A stretch of DNA of 64,000 nucleotides from Eledone cirrhosa (taxonomy: Eukaryota): positions 284,952,001 through 285,016,000 of the forward strand of contig OZ024743.1 in assembly GCA_964016885.1 (NCBI GenBank). Reading direction: 5' to 3'. Positions 1 to 11,640 of the stretch are shown here, in pieces (position 1 is the stretch's first letter; every line of letters starts with the position of its first letter). The position numbers and the translations under genes were made by a program. Below the pieces are notes generated by a model. It saw nothing but the letters and a program-made list of their open reading frames with translations, was not told the origin of the DNA and ran no database searches.

Positions 1-66
1 ATTTCTACAGCTGAGTAAACTGGAGCAATGTGAAATAAAGTGTCTTGCTCAAGGAAACAACACAAC
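1..66 (-). mobile_element. Fragment of tRNA-derived SINE family A (body only, cut by window edge)
   Basis: Matches 15166-15228 (tttctacagctgagtaaactggagcaatgtgaaataaagtgtcttgctcaaggaaacaacac). Confidence 0.85.
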
Positions 67-354
67 GCATATATATATATATATATACACATACATACAT
101 ATATATATATATCAATCTCTTTTTCTGTCTCTTTCTATCTATCTATCATAAATGCTAAAATTGATTTTTTTTCAGGGTAGTAAGTTTGTAAAAATAATAA
201 AGTGCCATGCTAAAAGCCCTTTACATAAAACAAACCCATACGAGACCGACATTACCTTTCTTTAATGCTTTCATAATCAGTAAAGTCAGTACCAGTAATA
301 TAATGATTCAATCACTTTTACCATTTTTTAAAAAGAATCTGACTGTCTAAAGTC

Positions 355-525
355 TGTACGTGATCAACCTACTAGAAATAGTAGTCAGATCTCCCTCAAA
401 TTACTTAATAATGTCTTAAATAAGAAAAGAATCATTAGATAATATAGTTCACAGCATGAGAAAAAAGATGATATAATCACATTTGGAATGTCTTTAATCA
501 TAAGACATGGGGTAATAAATAACAT
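355..525 (+). repeat. Old dispersed repeat (ctagaaatagcagccaaatctccctcaaat family)
   Basis: Diverged relatives seen at about 7810-7980, 48520-48720 and (minus) 39820-40030; class not determined. Confidence 0.5.
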
Positions 526-557
526 CAATTACCATGCAAACATAAATCAGAAATAAC

Positions 558-663
558 TGTTTCTACTTTAGGCACAAGGCCAGCAATTACCCAGTGCATT
601 ACTGGTACTTTATTTTATCGACCCCGTAAGGATAAAAGGCAAAGTCAGCCTCGGCGGGATTTG
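558..663 (-). mobile_element. 5'-truncated SINE family M (Meta-domain-like) with 14-bp TSD
   Basis: Reverse complement of the 3' half of 23858-24041; direct repeat aaatcagaaataac at 544-557 and 664-677. Confidence 0.9.
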
Positions 664-807
664 AAATCAGAAATAACATGATTCAAATTATACCTGTATA
701 AATAAACTATTAATACTATATATATTATATATAAACTGTTAATATATTTAAGTACTAACTACTACTCACTTTATATCTTCAATATTATGTTTCATAAATG
801 AAATTTT

Positions 808-1172
808 ATCTTCTCTCTTCCTCTCTCTCTTCTCCCCTTCTCTCCCTCCTTGTCTCTCTCCTTTCCTCTATTTCTCTCATGTCTCTCTTTCCTCTATCTC
901 CTCTCTCTTCTTTCTTTCCTCTCTTTCTTTTTACTCTCTCTTTGTTCACTCTCCCCTTCTCTCTTCTTCTCACCCTCCTCTCTTTCTCTTTACTCTCTTT
1001 CCTCTATCTGTCCTCCCCCTCTCTCTCCTTCGCTCCTTCCTCTCTTTCTCTTTACTCTTGCTCCCCTTCTCTCTCCTTCTTCTCTCCTCTCTTTCTCTTT
1101 ACTCTCTCTCCTCCTCTCTCTCCTTTTTTTTTCACATTCTCTCACTTTTTCTTCTTTCTTTCTCTCTTCTCT
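808..1172. repeat. CT-rich polypyrimidine low-complexity tract
   Basis: Almost exclusively C/T; the Leu/Ser/Phe ORFs here are artefacts. Confidence 0.95.
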
Positions 1173-1259
1173 GTGTATGTTTAATCCATATTTTTATGTA
1201 GTTTCTTTAGTTATGCATCAGTGTGAATGTGAATGTATTATATTAAATTGACAGGCATA

Positions 1260-1575
1260 TTTGAATGTTTGAGAAGTCCTGGGTTTGATTCTATTGTATG
1301 GCACCTCACACAAATGCTTTCAACGAAACCCTCAGATTAACCCAAATATTGTGACTGGAACTGAGAAAACAAAAGCTGTGCTGAAACCCATTTGTTTTGT
1401 TGACCCTGTAATTTAAAGGACCAGCATTGTCACACAGTGTTGAACTGTGTCTGTCTTAAATTTACATTAAGAGTACACATATCTGTGGAATACTCACTCA
1501 CATACACTGTAATAAGTAGGCAACTTCATTGATCAAGCTCCTGGAATACTCTTCATTAAAACTGATATGAGATTC
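1260..1575 (+). mobile_element. Old tRNA-derived SINE family O (decayed)
   Basis: B-box-like gggtttgattc and body shared with copies at about 8140-8410 (-), 29955-30172 (+), 34130-34640 (-), 43460-43760 (-) and 58490-58757 (-). Confidence 0.6.
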
Positions 1576-1663
1576 ATTTACTATATAATTTTGGGCGACA
1601 ATGTGTGTGTTTCAATGTATGTCTGTGAGTGTGTACTTTTGTAAGTGTCTGTGTTTGTGTGTT

Positions 1664-4600
1664 TCATCATCATCATCATCATCACCGTTTTACGTCCGTT
1701 CTTCCACGCTAGCATGGGTTAGACGGGTTGTCCTGTTGTGGGCAGTGTCTGGTCGGCTGACCATGCCTTGCTCATACAGGAACTGATCTGGCTTGATTTC
1801 TACAGCTGGATGCCCTTCCTAACACCAACCTCATTTACAGTGAGTGCTGGATGCTTTTTCCGTGGCGCCTACACGTCCACTTTACAGTGTGGGCTGGGTG
1901 CTTTTTTGCCGTGGCTCCTCCACGACCACCTTGCGGTGGGGGGTGTGGGGGCATATTGTCTATATGCTTCAGCATGTACCCATGGGAGGTCGGGTACTCT
2001 GTATTACTGCGTGACGCCAGAAGTCACGGTCATGTGTCATTGTCTTTGAGAGGTGTAATTGGGTAAGGTCGGCTTTTATCACCTCATCCCAGGTCATCTT
2101 GGGTCTCCCCACTCCGCAGTTTCCATCAACTTCTAGTGCTCTGCACCTTTTTATGCAGCTGTCATCCTTCATACGCATCACATGTCCATACCAGCGCAAC
2201 CGCCTCTCCTGCACACAGCATTTGATTCCTCTTATGCTTAGTCTCTCTCTCAATTCATTTATGCTTTGTCGTTCACGTATATTACTGTTACACATCCATC
2301 GGAGCATGCAGGCTTCGTTTCTCTCTAATCTACGTAAGTCTTCCACCTTCAGCGCCCAGGTCTCACTACCATGCAACATCGCTGTTCGGATACACGCATC
2401 ATACAGTCTGCCTTTCATTCTGAGGGAGAAGCCTTTTGCAGCTAGCAGTGGTAGTAGTTCCCTAAACTTCTTCCATCCCGTTCTTACCCTAGTTATTGTA
2501 CTTTCTGAACACCCACCTCCGTTGCTAATTCGGTCACCTAGGTAGCAGAAGCTGTCTACTGTTTCTACAGGGCCCTCCCAGAGATTGGTGGTACTTGTTT
2601 CCTGTGGCTGTTTGCTGCTTGCTGTTTCAGCACAGCTGCTGCATGTGAATCCTACATTCTTAATTAAGCTTCCTGAGATCCCGCTACATCTCTTGTGTAC
2701 CCATTGTTTGCATTTGGGGCAGAGAATGGAGTTCCTACCTACACCTTTCCTACATACTGAGCAAGGCCATTTCCCCGAGGGGATCTGGGTTCTGTTTTCT
2801 CGTCTACTTACAAGGACCTTAGTCTTGGTCATGTTGACTTTGAGACCCTTTCTCTCTAGTCCCTGCTTCCAGGTTTGGAATTTATTCTCTAGTTCTACCA
2901 TAGATTCAGCTATGAGTGCGAGGTCATCAGCATACAGGAGTTCCCATGAGCATCCGGTCTTAAACTCCTCCGTTATTGCCTGCAGGACTATGATGAACAG
3001 GAGAGGGCTAAGAACAGAGCCCTGGTGGACCCCAACCTGTACGCTAAATTCCTCGCTATACTCATTGCTAATCCTAACTTTGCTGACTGCTCCCCTATAC
3101 ATGGCTTGTACCGCTTTCACAAGCCATTCATCTACTCCTAGTTTTCTAAGAGCCCACCAGATTACAGCACGTGGAACTCTGTCAAAGGCTTTCTCAAGGT
3201 CGACAAATGCCAAGTAGAGTGGCTTACTTTTAGCTAGGTACTTTTCCTGTAATTGCCTCACAAGGAAGAGGGAATCAGTGGTGTTTCTTCCTGGTACAAA
3301 CCCAAATTGCATCTCGTCTATATTCACCCGGTCCCTAATCAGCTGTGCTATAACTCTTTCTGTTACTTTCATGACCTGGTCCATCAACTTTATACCTCTA
3401 TAGTTTCCTCTATCTAGTGCATCGCCTTTGCCTTTGTAGCAGTTGAGAATGATGCTACTGCACCAATCTTTTGGTATGGCCCCTTCTAGTATTACCTGGT
3501 TAACGATACGTGTGGTTATAGTGTGACCTACAGACCCAGATGCCTTCAGCATCTCGGCAGCTATACCCGATGGACCGGTTGCCTTCCCCATCTTCATATC
3601 TTTGATTGCCTTACTTACTACGCTGCTGCTGACTTGTACTGCTGGTCCCTCTATAGGGTCTACTTGGGGTAGGGTCTCTTCTTCCCATGCATTCTCCTCA
3701 TTTAGTAATCTATCATAATGACTCTTCCATGCATCTTTCTTCTCAGCACTTGTGAGGGCAAGCTCACCTTTATCATTCCGGATACACTTTTCTCCAATGA
3801 CATCACAACTATCTCTGACACACTGCCTCGCAATCTTGAATACCTCCTGTTTCTGGTCCTCACGTTGTAAAACATGCTTGAATTTTCTATCCTCTGCTTC
3901 CCTCCTAGCTAAGTATACTTGTTGCCTAGCTTCCCTCTTGGTCTCTATGTAATGTACCCTGCTCCCCCCGTTCTTCCATTCTTTCCATGCCTGTCTCTTG
4001 GCCTTAACTGCTTCATCTACCTTATTGTTCCACCACCAAGTCACTCTCCTCCTGCTTGAGGTCTTACTCCAGCCACAGACCTCATCTGTCGCCTCTAGTA
4101 AATTATTTTTTAGGAACTCCCAGTTCTCTTCTACATTAAATGTCTCTATCTGTTCCTCTTTACTGTCATAGGCGTTGAGTAAAATATCTTTAAATCTGTT
4201 ACTGGTTGAGGGGACTTTCAGCTTCCAGATCTTTCTTCTCCAGGTTGGCCTCTGTTTCCGGGTTCGTCTAGTTCTGACCGTGAGGTCGCTGACAACTAAG
4301 CTATGTTGGGATGTACATTCCTCACTAGGGAAGGCTTTTGTGTTTATGACCGTCCATCTGTCACGCCCTCTGATGAGGATAAAATCTAACTGACTAGAGT
4401 GCTCCCCTGATCTATAGGTGATCAGGTGGTTGTCAGGTTTTTTAAAGTTTGTGTTACATATCGACATGTCATTGGCGTCGCAGAATTCTAGGAGTCTGAA
4501 TCCTTCCTCATTCCTTGTGCCAACTCCATGGCCTCCATGTACTCTATTGAAGCCGTCGCAGTGTTTACCTACGTGTCCGTTAAAATCTCCTGCGATGATT

Positions 4601-5605
4601 AGGAAGTCCTTGTCGTCTGTTAGAGCAGTAGTGTGTATTAGGGACTCGTAAAACCTATCCCTAAGTTCGTCTGGCAGCCCCGATTGGGGTGCGTAAGCTG
4701 ATATTATTGTGGTAATTGTCTTATTCAGGACTAGTCTGAGTTTAATAATTCTTGCATTTACCCTGTACACTGAGATTACTTTATCTACCCACTTGTCAGC
4801 TAATAGTATACCTACACCACCCATCCCATCGTCATTTCCCACCCAGAAAAATTTGTAGCACTGGCTTTTTCCTACAAGGACTCTAGCAGACTCTCCTCTC
4901 CATCTAGTCTCTTGCACACAGCATACATCAACTTCCTTTCGCTCTAGCATGTCTACGATTTCTCCTGCTCTTCCTTTCATTGAGCCTACATTGATGGTAC
5001 CAACTCGGAGTTTTGGGCATTTGTCGACACTCGTAGGGGAGGGTCTCTGGGTTGGCGCTTCACGTGGGTGCTTGGTAGCTCGCAGATTCATATTTCATCT
5101 ATTGATTCAGAGTTGCTCAAATGTATTCTCAGCTCATCCATCCATAATGGTGGGAAAATTGAGGGCTAGAAGAACAGTGGTGGTGGGGTAATGGCAGGGT
5201 GTGTTGGGCTGCGCCAGAGGAGGAGAGAGTTAGTTAGGTAGGTAGTAGCAGCAGCAGCAGCAGCAGTAGAAATGGCATGCTGAGGTTTGATTGGTCGAAT
5301 CGGCTATGGTGGTGTGTGGGGGTGGGTGGGAGGGAAATTGTGAGGTAGTCACTGAGGGTCGCATGGTAAATAACCGACAAGAGAGATACAATAGAATTAG
5401 AAGACCGCATGGTAAATATCCAAGTTAATACACCAGTAAAATTAACAATAATAACGTCATGAAAACTACTAAGAAACCTTTGGAAATTTATCGATAATAC
5501 AGCAGGAAAACAGCATTAATATTAACAACAATATATAGACTAAAATACCTTCGAAGATTAGTATGGATGGATGGCTGGAACGAATTGAAATCAACTCTAA
5601 TGAGT
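1664..5605 (-). mobile_element. Near full-length RTE-clade non-LTR retrotransposon, family A
   Basis: Single APE+RT ORF, about 280-nt 3' UTR, terminal hairpin and (TGA)n tail at 1664-1685. The 5' end is uncertain (homology-supported to about 5365, guessed to about 5605 from CpG-retaining sequence). Confidence 0.92.
1969..5091 (-). CDS. RTE ORF, 1040 aa: APE endonuclease + reverse transcriptase with inserted C4HC3 (PHD-like) finger
   Basis: True ATG at 5091-5089. APE motifs GTINVG, VQETRW, SAYAPQ, GDFNGH, LDFIL, SQHSLV. RT motifs KGKGD..NYRGIKL, QFGF, FVDLEKAFDRV, GVHQGSVLSPLLF, YADD, FCYLG. RTE C-terminus RRLRWYGHVMRM..GRP..W. No stops. Confidence 0.97.
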   Translation of the reverse strand: MNLRATKHPREAPTQRPSPTSVDKCPKLRVGTINVGSMKGRAGEIVDMLERKEVDVCCVQETRWRGESARVLVGKSQCYKFFWVGNDDGMGGVGILLADKWVDKVISVYRVNARIIKLRLVLNKTITTIISAYAPQSGLPDELRDRFYESLIHTTALTDDKDFLIIAGDFNGHVGKHCDGFNRVHGGHGVGTRNEEGFRLLEFCDANDMSICNTNFKKPDNHLITYRSGEHSSQLDFILIRGRDRWTVINTKAFPSEECTSQHSLVVSDLTVRTRRTRKQRPTWRRKIWKLKVPSTSNRFKDILLNAYDSKEEQIETFNVEENWEFLKNNLLEATDEVCGWSKTSSRRRVTWWWNNKVDEAVKAKRQAWKEWKNGGSRVHYIETKREARQQVYLARREAEDRKFKHVLQREDQKQEVFKIARQCVRDSCDVIGEKCIRNDKGELALTSAEKKDAWKSHYDRLLNEENAWEEETLPQVDPIEGPAVQVSSSVVSKAIKDMKMGKATGPSGIAAEMLKASGSVGHTITTRIVNQVILEGAIPKDWCSSIILNCYKGKGDALDRGNYRGIKLMDQVMKVTERVIAQLIRDRVNIDEMQFGFVPGRNTTDSLFLVRQLQEKYLAKSKPLYLAFVDLEKAFDRVPRAVIWWALRKLGVDEWLVKAVQAMYRGAVSKVRISNEYSEEFSVQVGVHQGSVLSPLLFIIVLQAITEEFKTGCSWELLYADDLALIAESMVELENKFQTWKQGLERKGLKVNMTKTKVLVSRRENRTQIPSGKWPCSVCRKGVGRNSILCPKCKQWVHKRCSGISGSLIKNVGFTCSSCAETASSKQPQETSTTNLWEGPVETVDSFCYLGDRISNGGGCSESTITRVRTGWKKFRELLPLLAAKGFSLRMKGRLYDACIRTAMLHGSETWALKVEDLRRLERNEACMLRWMCNSNIRERQSINELRERLSIRGIKCCVQERRLRWYGHVMRMKDDSCIKRCRALEVDGNCGVGRPKMTWDEVIKADLTQLHLSKTMTHDRDFWRHAVIQSTRPPMGTC

Positions 5606-5737
5606 TTATATTTATATACTCATACATTTAAATGTATTCATATGCACATATACACATACGCGTAAGCATGTTGAAAAAAATTCTAGTTATTTAAATTACA
5701 TATATGCATATATGTGTGTGTATATATATATATATAT

Positions 5738-6000
5738 GGTGGCTGCCAACTCGTTTTTGAGTATGGCCACTACTTTATATCCATGTAGGAGAACCCCTAC
5801 CGATGCGCTGAACGAGTGTGTCCTTTTAGTCCAGCCAGCGACTTGAAAACTCTGGTACAAACACTACATTTGTGACAATTATTGACATATAGTGCTGGGC
5901 CCATGGTACCATGTGACGACAAGTGTAGAGAGATCTCCAGATATAAAGCAATGCCTGTGCCGTGAAGCTTTTATAGTGAGCAAAGGCACTGCACAAAGCC
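5738..6000 (+). repeat. Unclassified dispersed repeat between (TA)n tracts
   Basis: Shares g(g/a)tggctgc(c)aactcg and atgcctgt..tgaagctttt..agtgag.aaaggc..tgcacaaagcc with 21863-22090. Confidence 0.55.
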
Positions 6001-6325
6001 TTTATATATATACATACATATATATATATAGGTACAGATGCACATGCACACATGTGTCTGTGTATAATTACAGATGGCTATCTTAAAAGAAGATAGTGAA
6101 TTTAAAATGCCTCAGTATTTGTTCCAGCTCACTGCACTCTAAATTCAAATCCCACTGAGGTCAACTTTGCTTTGCATTCTTTCAATGTTGATAAATAAAG
6201 TATCAGTTTCATACCAGAGTCAGTTCTTCCTTTCTCTGCCTGGAGAGGGATGAGCTCAGTCAGGTTTAAAATGTCCACGACATGCCATGTCAGAATTGTA
6301 CCCCAATGGCTCCAACAGGAGTTAA

Positions 6326-6546
6326 CCCTTTAGCATTTAAACCAGTTGTATCCAGCCAGAATTTTTTCACCTCTTTCTGTTCAAACCGGCTGTAACTGGC
6401 CACTCATATTGATGTTAAGGTATTGTTCTCAAAATAAATAATATCAAAATCTCATAGATTCGATATTATGTGAGATAATTATGTAAAATAAAGAGTTTAC
6501 CATGAAAATATAATAGTAAATATAAAGTAAAGTAAATGCTAAAGGG
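6326..6546. mobile_element. piggyBac-type MITE, 14-bp TIR, TTAA TSD
   Basis: ttaa|ccctttagcattta ... taaatgctaaaggg|ttaa. Other copies at 30177-30370, 34220-34417, 43161-43235 and 46868-47087. Confidence 0.9.
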
Positions 6547-7399
6547 TTAAGGGCTTTTTACTTATTGTAAAAGAAACCCAAAGTGTACCTTTCTCTTAAC
6601 GTGTTTACATATCAACACAAAATATACCTGTCATCAAGGCACATGTGTGCTTGTATCATGAAATGTCTACATCTGTACAGTTATTTTATTGCAATGATAA
6701 AAGTTGTCTGTACTCTCCTGTAGACGATGATGACAACGACAATGATGTGTGTGTAAGTTTGATTATTTGCTTTATTGATTTTTTCTGTATTTCTGTTTAT
6801 TATATTTGTGTTTAACACCAGGTTGGCTTTCATTTTGTAAATCAAAGGCATTGAAAACTTCCTTCAAAACTTCCATGCTTCCCGAAATTCACCAACACTA
6901 CACCTGATATTCCCCCTCCATACACATGCACACATGTGTGTGTTTGTGTATATCATGACTTATGCACTGTTCACTTTCCTGACTTTTGTACATTATTCTA
7001 TGTACTACTCATGCACCTTTGATGAGTTGTAGTGCACCTGAGCACTTTACACAATAATTTCATTATTATTATTATATGACTGCACTGTTCACCCATTTTT
7101 AAGACTGAAGAATATTATTTGAGGAATATTTGGTTGCTATTTATAATTAGTCAAATGCCACATAGAGACACTCTCATTGGCTTGTGAGACTCATATCCTA
7201 TTTTTATATGTACTTTTGGAGAATTTCTCTGAATTAACATAAGTGTCAGACTTACAACTGAAATATTGCTGATTCATATATCAGCACTGGTACTTCATTA
7301 TATCCAGTGGCAAGACACTTAACTTTCAATGTCCCAGTTCATCCAATAGAGATAATAGAGTTTAAACAATTCATTGATAAAAGCATTGGTCTAAAAAAG

Positions 7400-7630
7400 T
7401 CTAAAGTCTGACTGAAGCCCAGAGACTCATGAAGCCGGTGCTTATCTTGGTTTCATTGGTGTTAAGTGACTTGAGAGAACAAGATTTTCCCCTGAACAGG
7501 ATGCCAGTCCATTGCAGGGTTAAACCCCCAGCTACTGTTGGTACTCATTTTCAGCTGAGTATACTGGAACAACATCAATGACACTATGATCATTAGACCA
7601 ATGCCCTAACTACTAGGCCATGCATCTTCA
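7400..7630 (-). mobile_element. Old SINE sharing head/body with family A but with a different tail
   Basis: gatgccagtccattgcagggttaaa(a)cccccagcta..ggtactcattttcagctgagtata is shared with 40815-41080. Confidence 0.65.
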
Positions 7631-9453
7631 CATTGGGTAGGAAGTAAAATTGATAAGTGTTTCATTAGACTGCATTGCTAGGATCAACTTCTACAAAGGA
7701 TCAGGAGTACCTAAGAACTTCATGGCTTAATGAGAATGGTGTTGTAAATATTTCATCATAGTTGGCCAACTATATATGTAATGAGCCAACAAGAGAACCT
7801 CTATAAGATCATATGGCTTACTGCAATAGCAACCAAATCTACATTCAATCACACCCTGCTACCTTTGCAGGAAGATCACATTGGACAATGCAGTCTTAGA
7901 TATATAAAAAGGATAGGAATGTTCACAGCTGGAATGTATTTAATCATAAATCTGTTAGAGCAGGGCTGATTTGGAATAAATAAAACTGTGTAAGTATGAG
8001 TGTATGATCAAATAGATATAATGCTTATGTATTTCATAGGTATTATAGCTGGAAAAGTTGCATTCCCTGTAGCAAAGCATGGGATTCAAAATATTAGTAT
8101 GAAATTCATATTTAAATGGAATGGACCTACATTAGTTTTGATGATGAGTGTTCCAGCTGTTTAATCAACAGAACAGCCTGCTCATGAAATAAACATTCAA
8201 GTGGGTGTGCATTCTACAGTTATGTGTACTCTGAATGTAATTATCAGAGTTTCAGCATGACACAGCCCTCTGGATTACAAACATAGTCCCTCTGATGAGC
8301 TTCCAAATAATTTCTATCTACCCAGTTTCACTCACAAGGTCAACCTCAGACTATAGTAAACAACACTTGTCCAAGATAGCATGCTGTGCTATCAAACGCA
8401 GAACTTTATCACTAGGTAGGGAGGGGGGCGGGGCTCTTTTGTTGGTCAGTGACTGCCAACTTACCTTGTGTTGGTACCACTATAAATTGTATCCAGTCAC
8501 AGAAACCAAGCTACCAAAGAATTGAGAGAACACTTCAATCATGATGCCACAACCACTCTAGTGCTAGTGCCACAAAACATGTACCCAGCATACCCTGTAA
8601 GGCGGTGTACCCATATATATATACATGTGTGTGTGTATGTGCATTTTACTTTGGATCAATATATGGAGGTGCACAGATGCACAGACATATAGGAATACAT
8701 ATAGCAATACATATGAACATAAATATATATAAAGTCCACACCAACACATGTGTCAGTTCATCGATACACACAACAATTGTATGAGTGCACATGACTATAT
8801 GCACACTCACACAGAGTAAGAGGCAAACATGTATAAATATGGGAGGATATGCAAGCATGCACATATAAATGCAATACAAAGGCATACATGCAAGTGGGGA
8901 AAGAGGCAGCATGGTTGTACATGATATGCTGGAGAGCATGCAGGCATGCACCTATGCATATATACATGTGTATACATGTATATGATCATAAATTTATACA
9001 AATAGAGTCAACTTCAGCATGAACATGCAAAAGCTTGTGAGATCTTTCATCCAGCAGTAGGGGAATGCATATATACATACATGTATGCATATAAGGATTT
9101 ATGTTCACATGTAGAAAGGTTTACAGATGAGTTCTTTCTAGCAGTGATAGAGGGGGAGTTAAATGATAAAGAATTGAAAGTCTTGCATAAATTATCAATC
9201 ATAGAGGATGTGAAAGAACAGTGGATCGGAACAGTATTTTTGGTGGGTTCTTACAAGGATAAATAACATTGGTCAGAAAGAGTAGTAGGGTGGAAATGCA
9301 TGGCAAACAGCAGCTCTCAGAAACAATAAGGGAGTTTTTTTCCAGTGAAAAACTTGAAGGCAGGTAAAATTAATTTCCTTTGGTGAAGGCTTGAGGAAAC
9401 TATCTCTAATTTAGAGTTCAGTAGGTGCAGTGATTACATTAGATTGGTGTACT

Positions 9454-9457
<4 letters not shown>

Positions 9458-9542
<85 letters not shown>
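9458..9542. repeat. (TA)n microsatellite; representative of dozens of (TA)n, (CA)n, (GA)n and (ATC)n tracts
   Basis: Direct observation; other long tracts at 15306-15370, 18537-18620, 44457-44520 and 48173-48284. Confidence 0.98.
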
Positions 9543-9544
<2 letters not shown>

Positions 9545-9545
<1 letters not shown>

Positions 9546-9935
9546 CGGGTAAAATTCCTGAGATCCATGGACAAGTTCTCTCCAGCAGTCTCTGTCCTTC
9601 ATCATCACCGCCATGTCCTGCGTCTCCCAGAGACCAGTGTTTGCCCTTAGGGCATCAATATGTCAACCTCGGTCTCCCTCTTCTAGTGTACCCATGTAGG
9701 GGCTCCCATTGGAGCACTGGGTGCAATGTCAACTCTGAATGTCGATGAGTACGTTCAGCTAACCTCAATCTCCTCTGTGTTACTTTTGAGCTTACTTTTG
9801 AGAGGCTCCCATACAGCTCTGAGTTCTTCATCCTCAATGTATACTGTCTGATGAAGATCTTACAGGCTTATGGAATCCCCAAGAAGATAGTGGACCTGAT
9901 ATCACTGTTCTACACCAACACTAGAGCCCAAGTCA
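9545..9935. pseudogene. Decayed RTE-like LINE of another family, with inverted RT piece
   Basis: Minus 9655-9837 encodes RRLRLA..HRH..VLQWEP..RRGRPRLTY (RTE C-terminus); plus 9851-9934 encodes MKILQAYGIPKKIVDLISLFYTNTRAQV (RT interior). Confidence 0.75.
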
Positions 9936-11384
9936 TATATATATTTATATACATACACACTTTGTTTTTGTTTTTGTTTTGCAAGACTTATGATATGAAA
10001 TTATATGTTGAAACATATTGTTATACTTTGGGAGGATCATGTTGTTAATAAAAACATATGCTTCAGTTGGGTTTCACTTCTGTTTTATTATTAATCCATT
10101 CTTCAGTAAGTTTAGAAATGAGATGGTTGTATATTTGTCATTTAATTGTCAAAGTTCTTTCATCACATATCCTGTGACTTTCTGAATGACTATTCTTGCT
10201 CTTCTGCATCTCCCCTTTGTTCTGATATTGTTCTATTTACGTCAACTTGTCTTTCTGTCAACAAATGAACAGATTCTCATTCTAATCTTCATTGCATCTG
10301 ATGAGCAAATTGATTCTAGAGTCAACCTGATAGTAACCAATTAAAGCTCCATGCTGGTCATTTGCAAAACAGGATTACAATTAAAATATGTTGAACTGAA
10401 ACTTCAATATCTTTCTTAACATAAACTTTCTGCATATTACACCAATAACAAACAGGTGTCAGTTTGAATCCACACTTTTTAACACTGAATATCCAATTCA
10501 TATAAAAGCATTGAGTATTACTCATCAACTGTATATATATATATCATCATCATGGCCATTTAACATCCATTTTGCCCCTCTAACATGGGAGGATGGTTAT
10601 ATATATGTATATATTCATATTAAAACTTTATGCCCTGCAGTGGAAATTTCCGATTTCACTCACTAATTTAAGATTTTTAGTCCCAGAAAAACTCTAAATA
10701 GTGTGGGAAACTGAGACTTTCCGCCATAGAACATGAAGCTCAAATGCGTAAATAAACTGTACAGATTAATTTTAATTGATATGTATTGAGAACTCATTTA
10801 AACTGGATCTTCTTCGCCTTTCAACTGAGAACACACACACATATATGCAAAGGACTTATATATATATATCATCATCATCGTCATCATTTAATGTCCATCT
10901 TACACACAAACAAACACATTCACACATATATTTATGTGTTTGTTAGTGTATTCACAAACACACACACACATAAATATATATACACATGAATGTATAATCA
11001 ATCCGACTCTACACATTGATTCTCATTATAAGCATTAAACTGATCTGTACTTTGCTATGTTAGGTCCAAGTTGAATGAATGTCTATCTGTTGATGGTTGA
11101 ATAAGCAATGAATTATCTGAGAAAGAAATGCAATATTTATGGAGCTAGTAGTGTTACTTTATATCAGTAAAACATTTATAGTCTAATTTTACAGTAAAAT
11201 ATTGCAGATACTCTATGCTATAATAAATTATGCTGTCACCATCAATGTGATATACATGAAGTTGAAATCCTATGAGTGGGAGTGGAGGCTGTGTTATTTT
11301 TCTACTCCAAATTAGTGTAGTTGAGGGCTGAGAGAAAAGAGCATGCAATACCCCCCCCCCCCCACACACACACACATACATACA

Positions 11385-11640
11385 TTAAAGATTACCAAAA
11401 AAGAGAATATCTATGCTGAACTAATGAGGAATCTGCAGATACTCCACCCTGACTATACCATCAGATTTATACCTGTGATTATTGGGGCACTGGCGTATGT
11501 AAGTAACTGCTTCAGTACAAATCTTGAACAGCTGGGCATCAGAGACCCAGAGAGAACATGACTAGTGAGACAATTTTAAGTACAATCCATTAATGGAACA
11601 GTAAAAATATGTAAAACATTCCAAATATTCTGCACATAAT
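11385..11640 (+). pseudogene. 3' fragment of R4/Dong-like (restriction-like endonuclease) non-LTR element
   Basis: Translation KKENIYAELMRNLQIL..RFIPVIIGALAY..LEQLG..GTVKICKTF resembles the RLE C-terminus (K..KY..L..IPVIIGALG); contains stops. Confidence 0.7.

Noticed and set aside
798-1251. Leu/Ser/Phe-rich ORFs resembling membrane proteins
   Set aside because: Translation of a CT-rich low-complexity tract.
2099-4651. Antisense ORFs over RTE-A (and likewise over RTE-B and C)
   Set aside because: Shadow frames of the RT coding strand.
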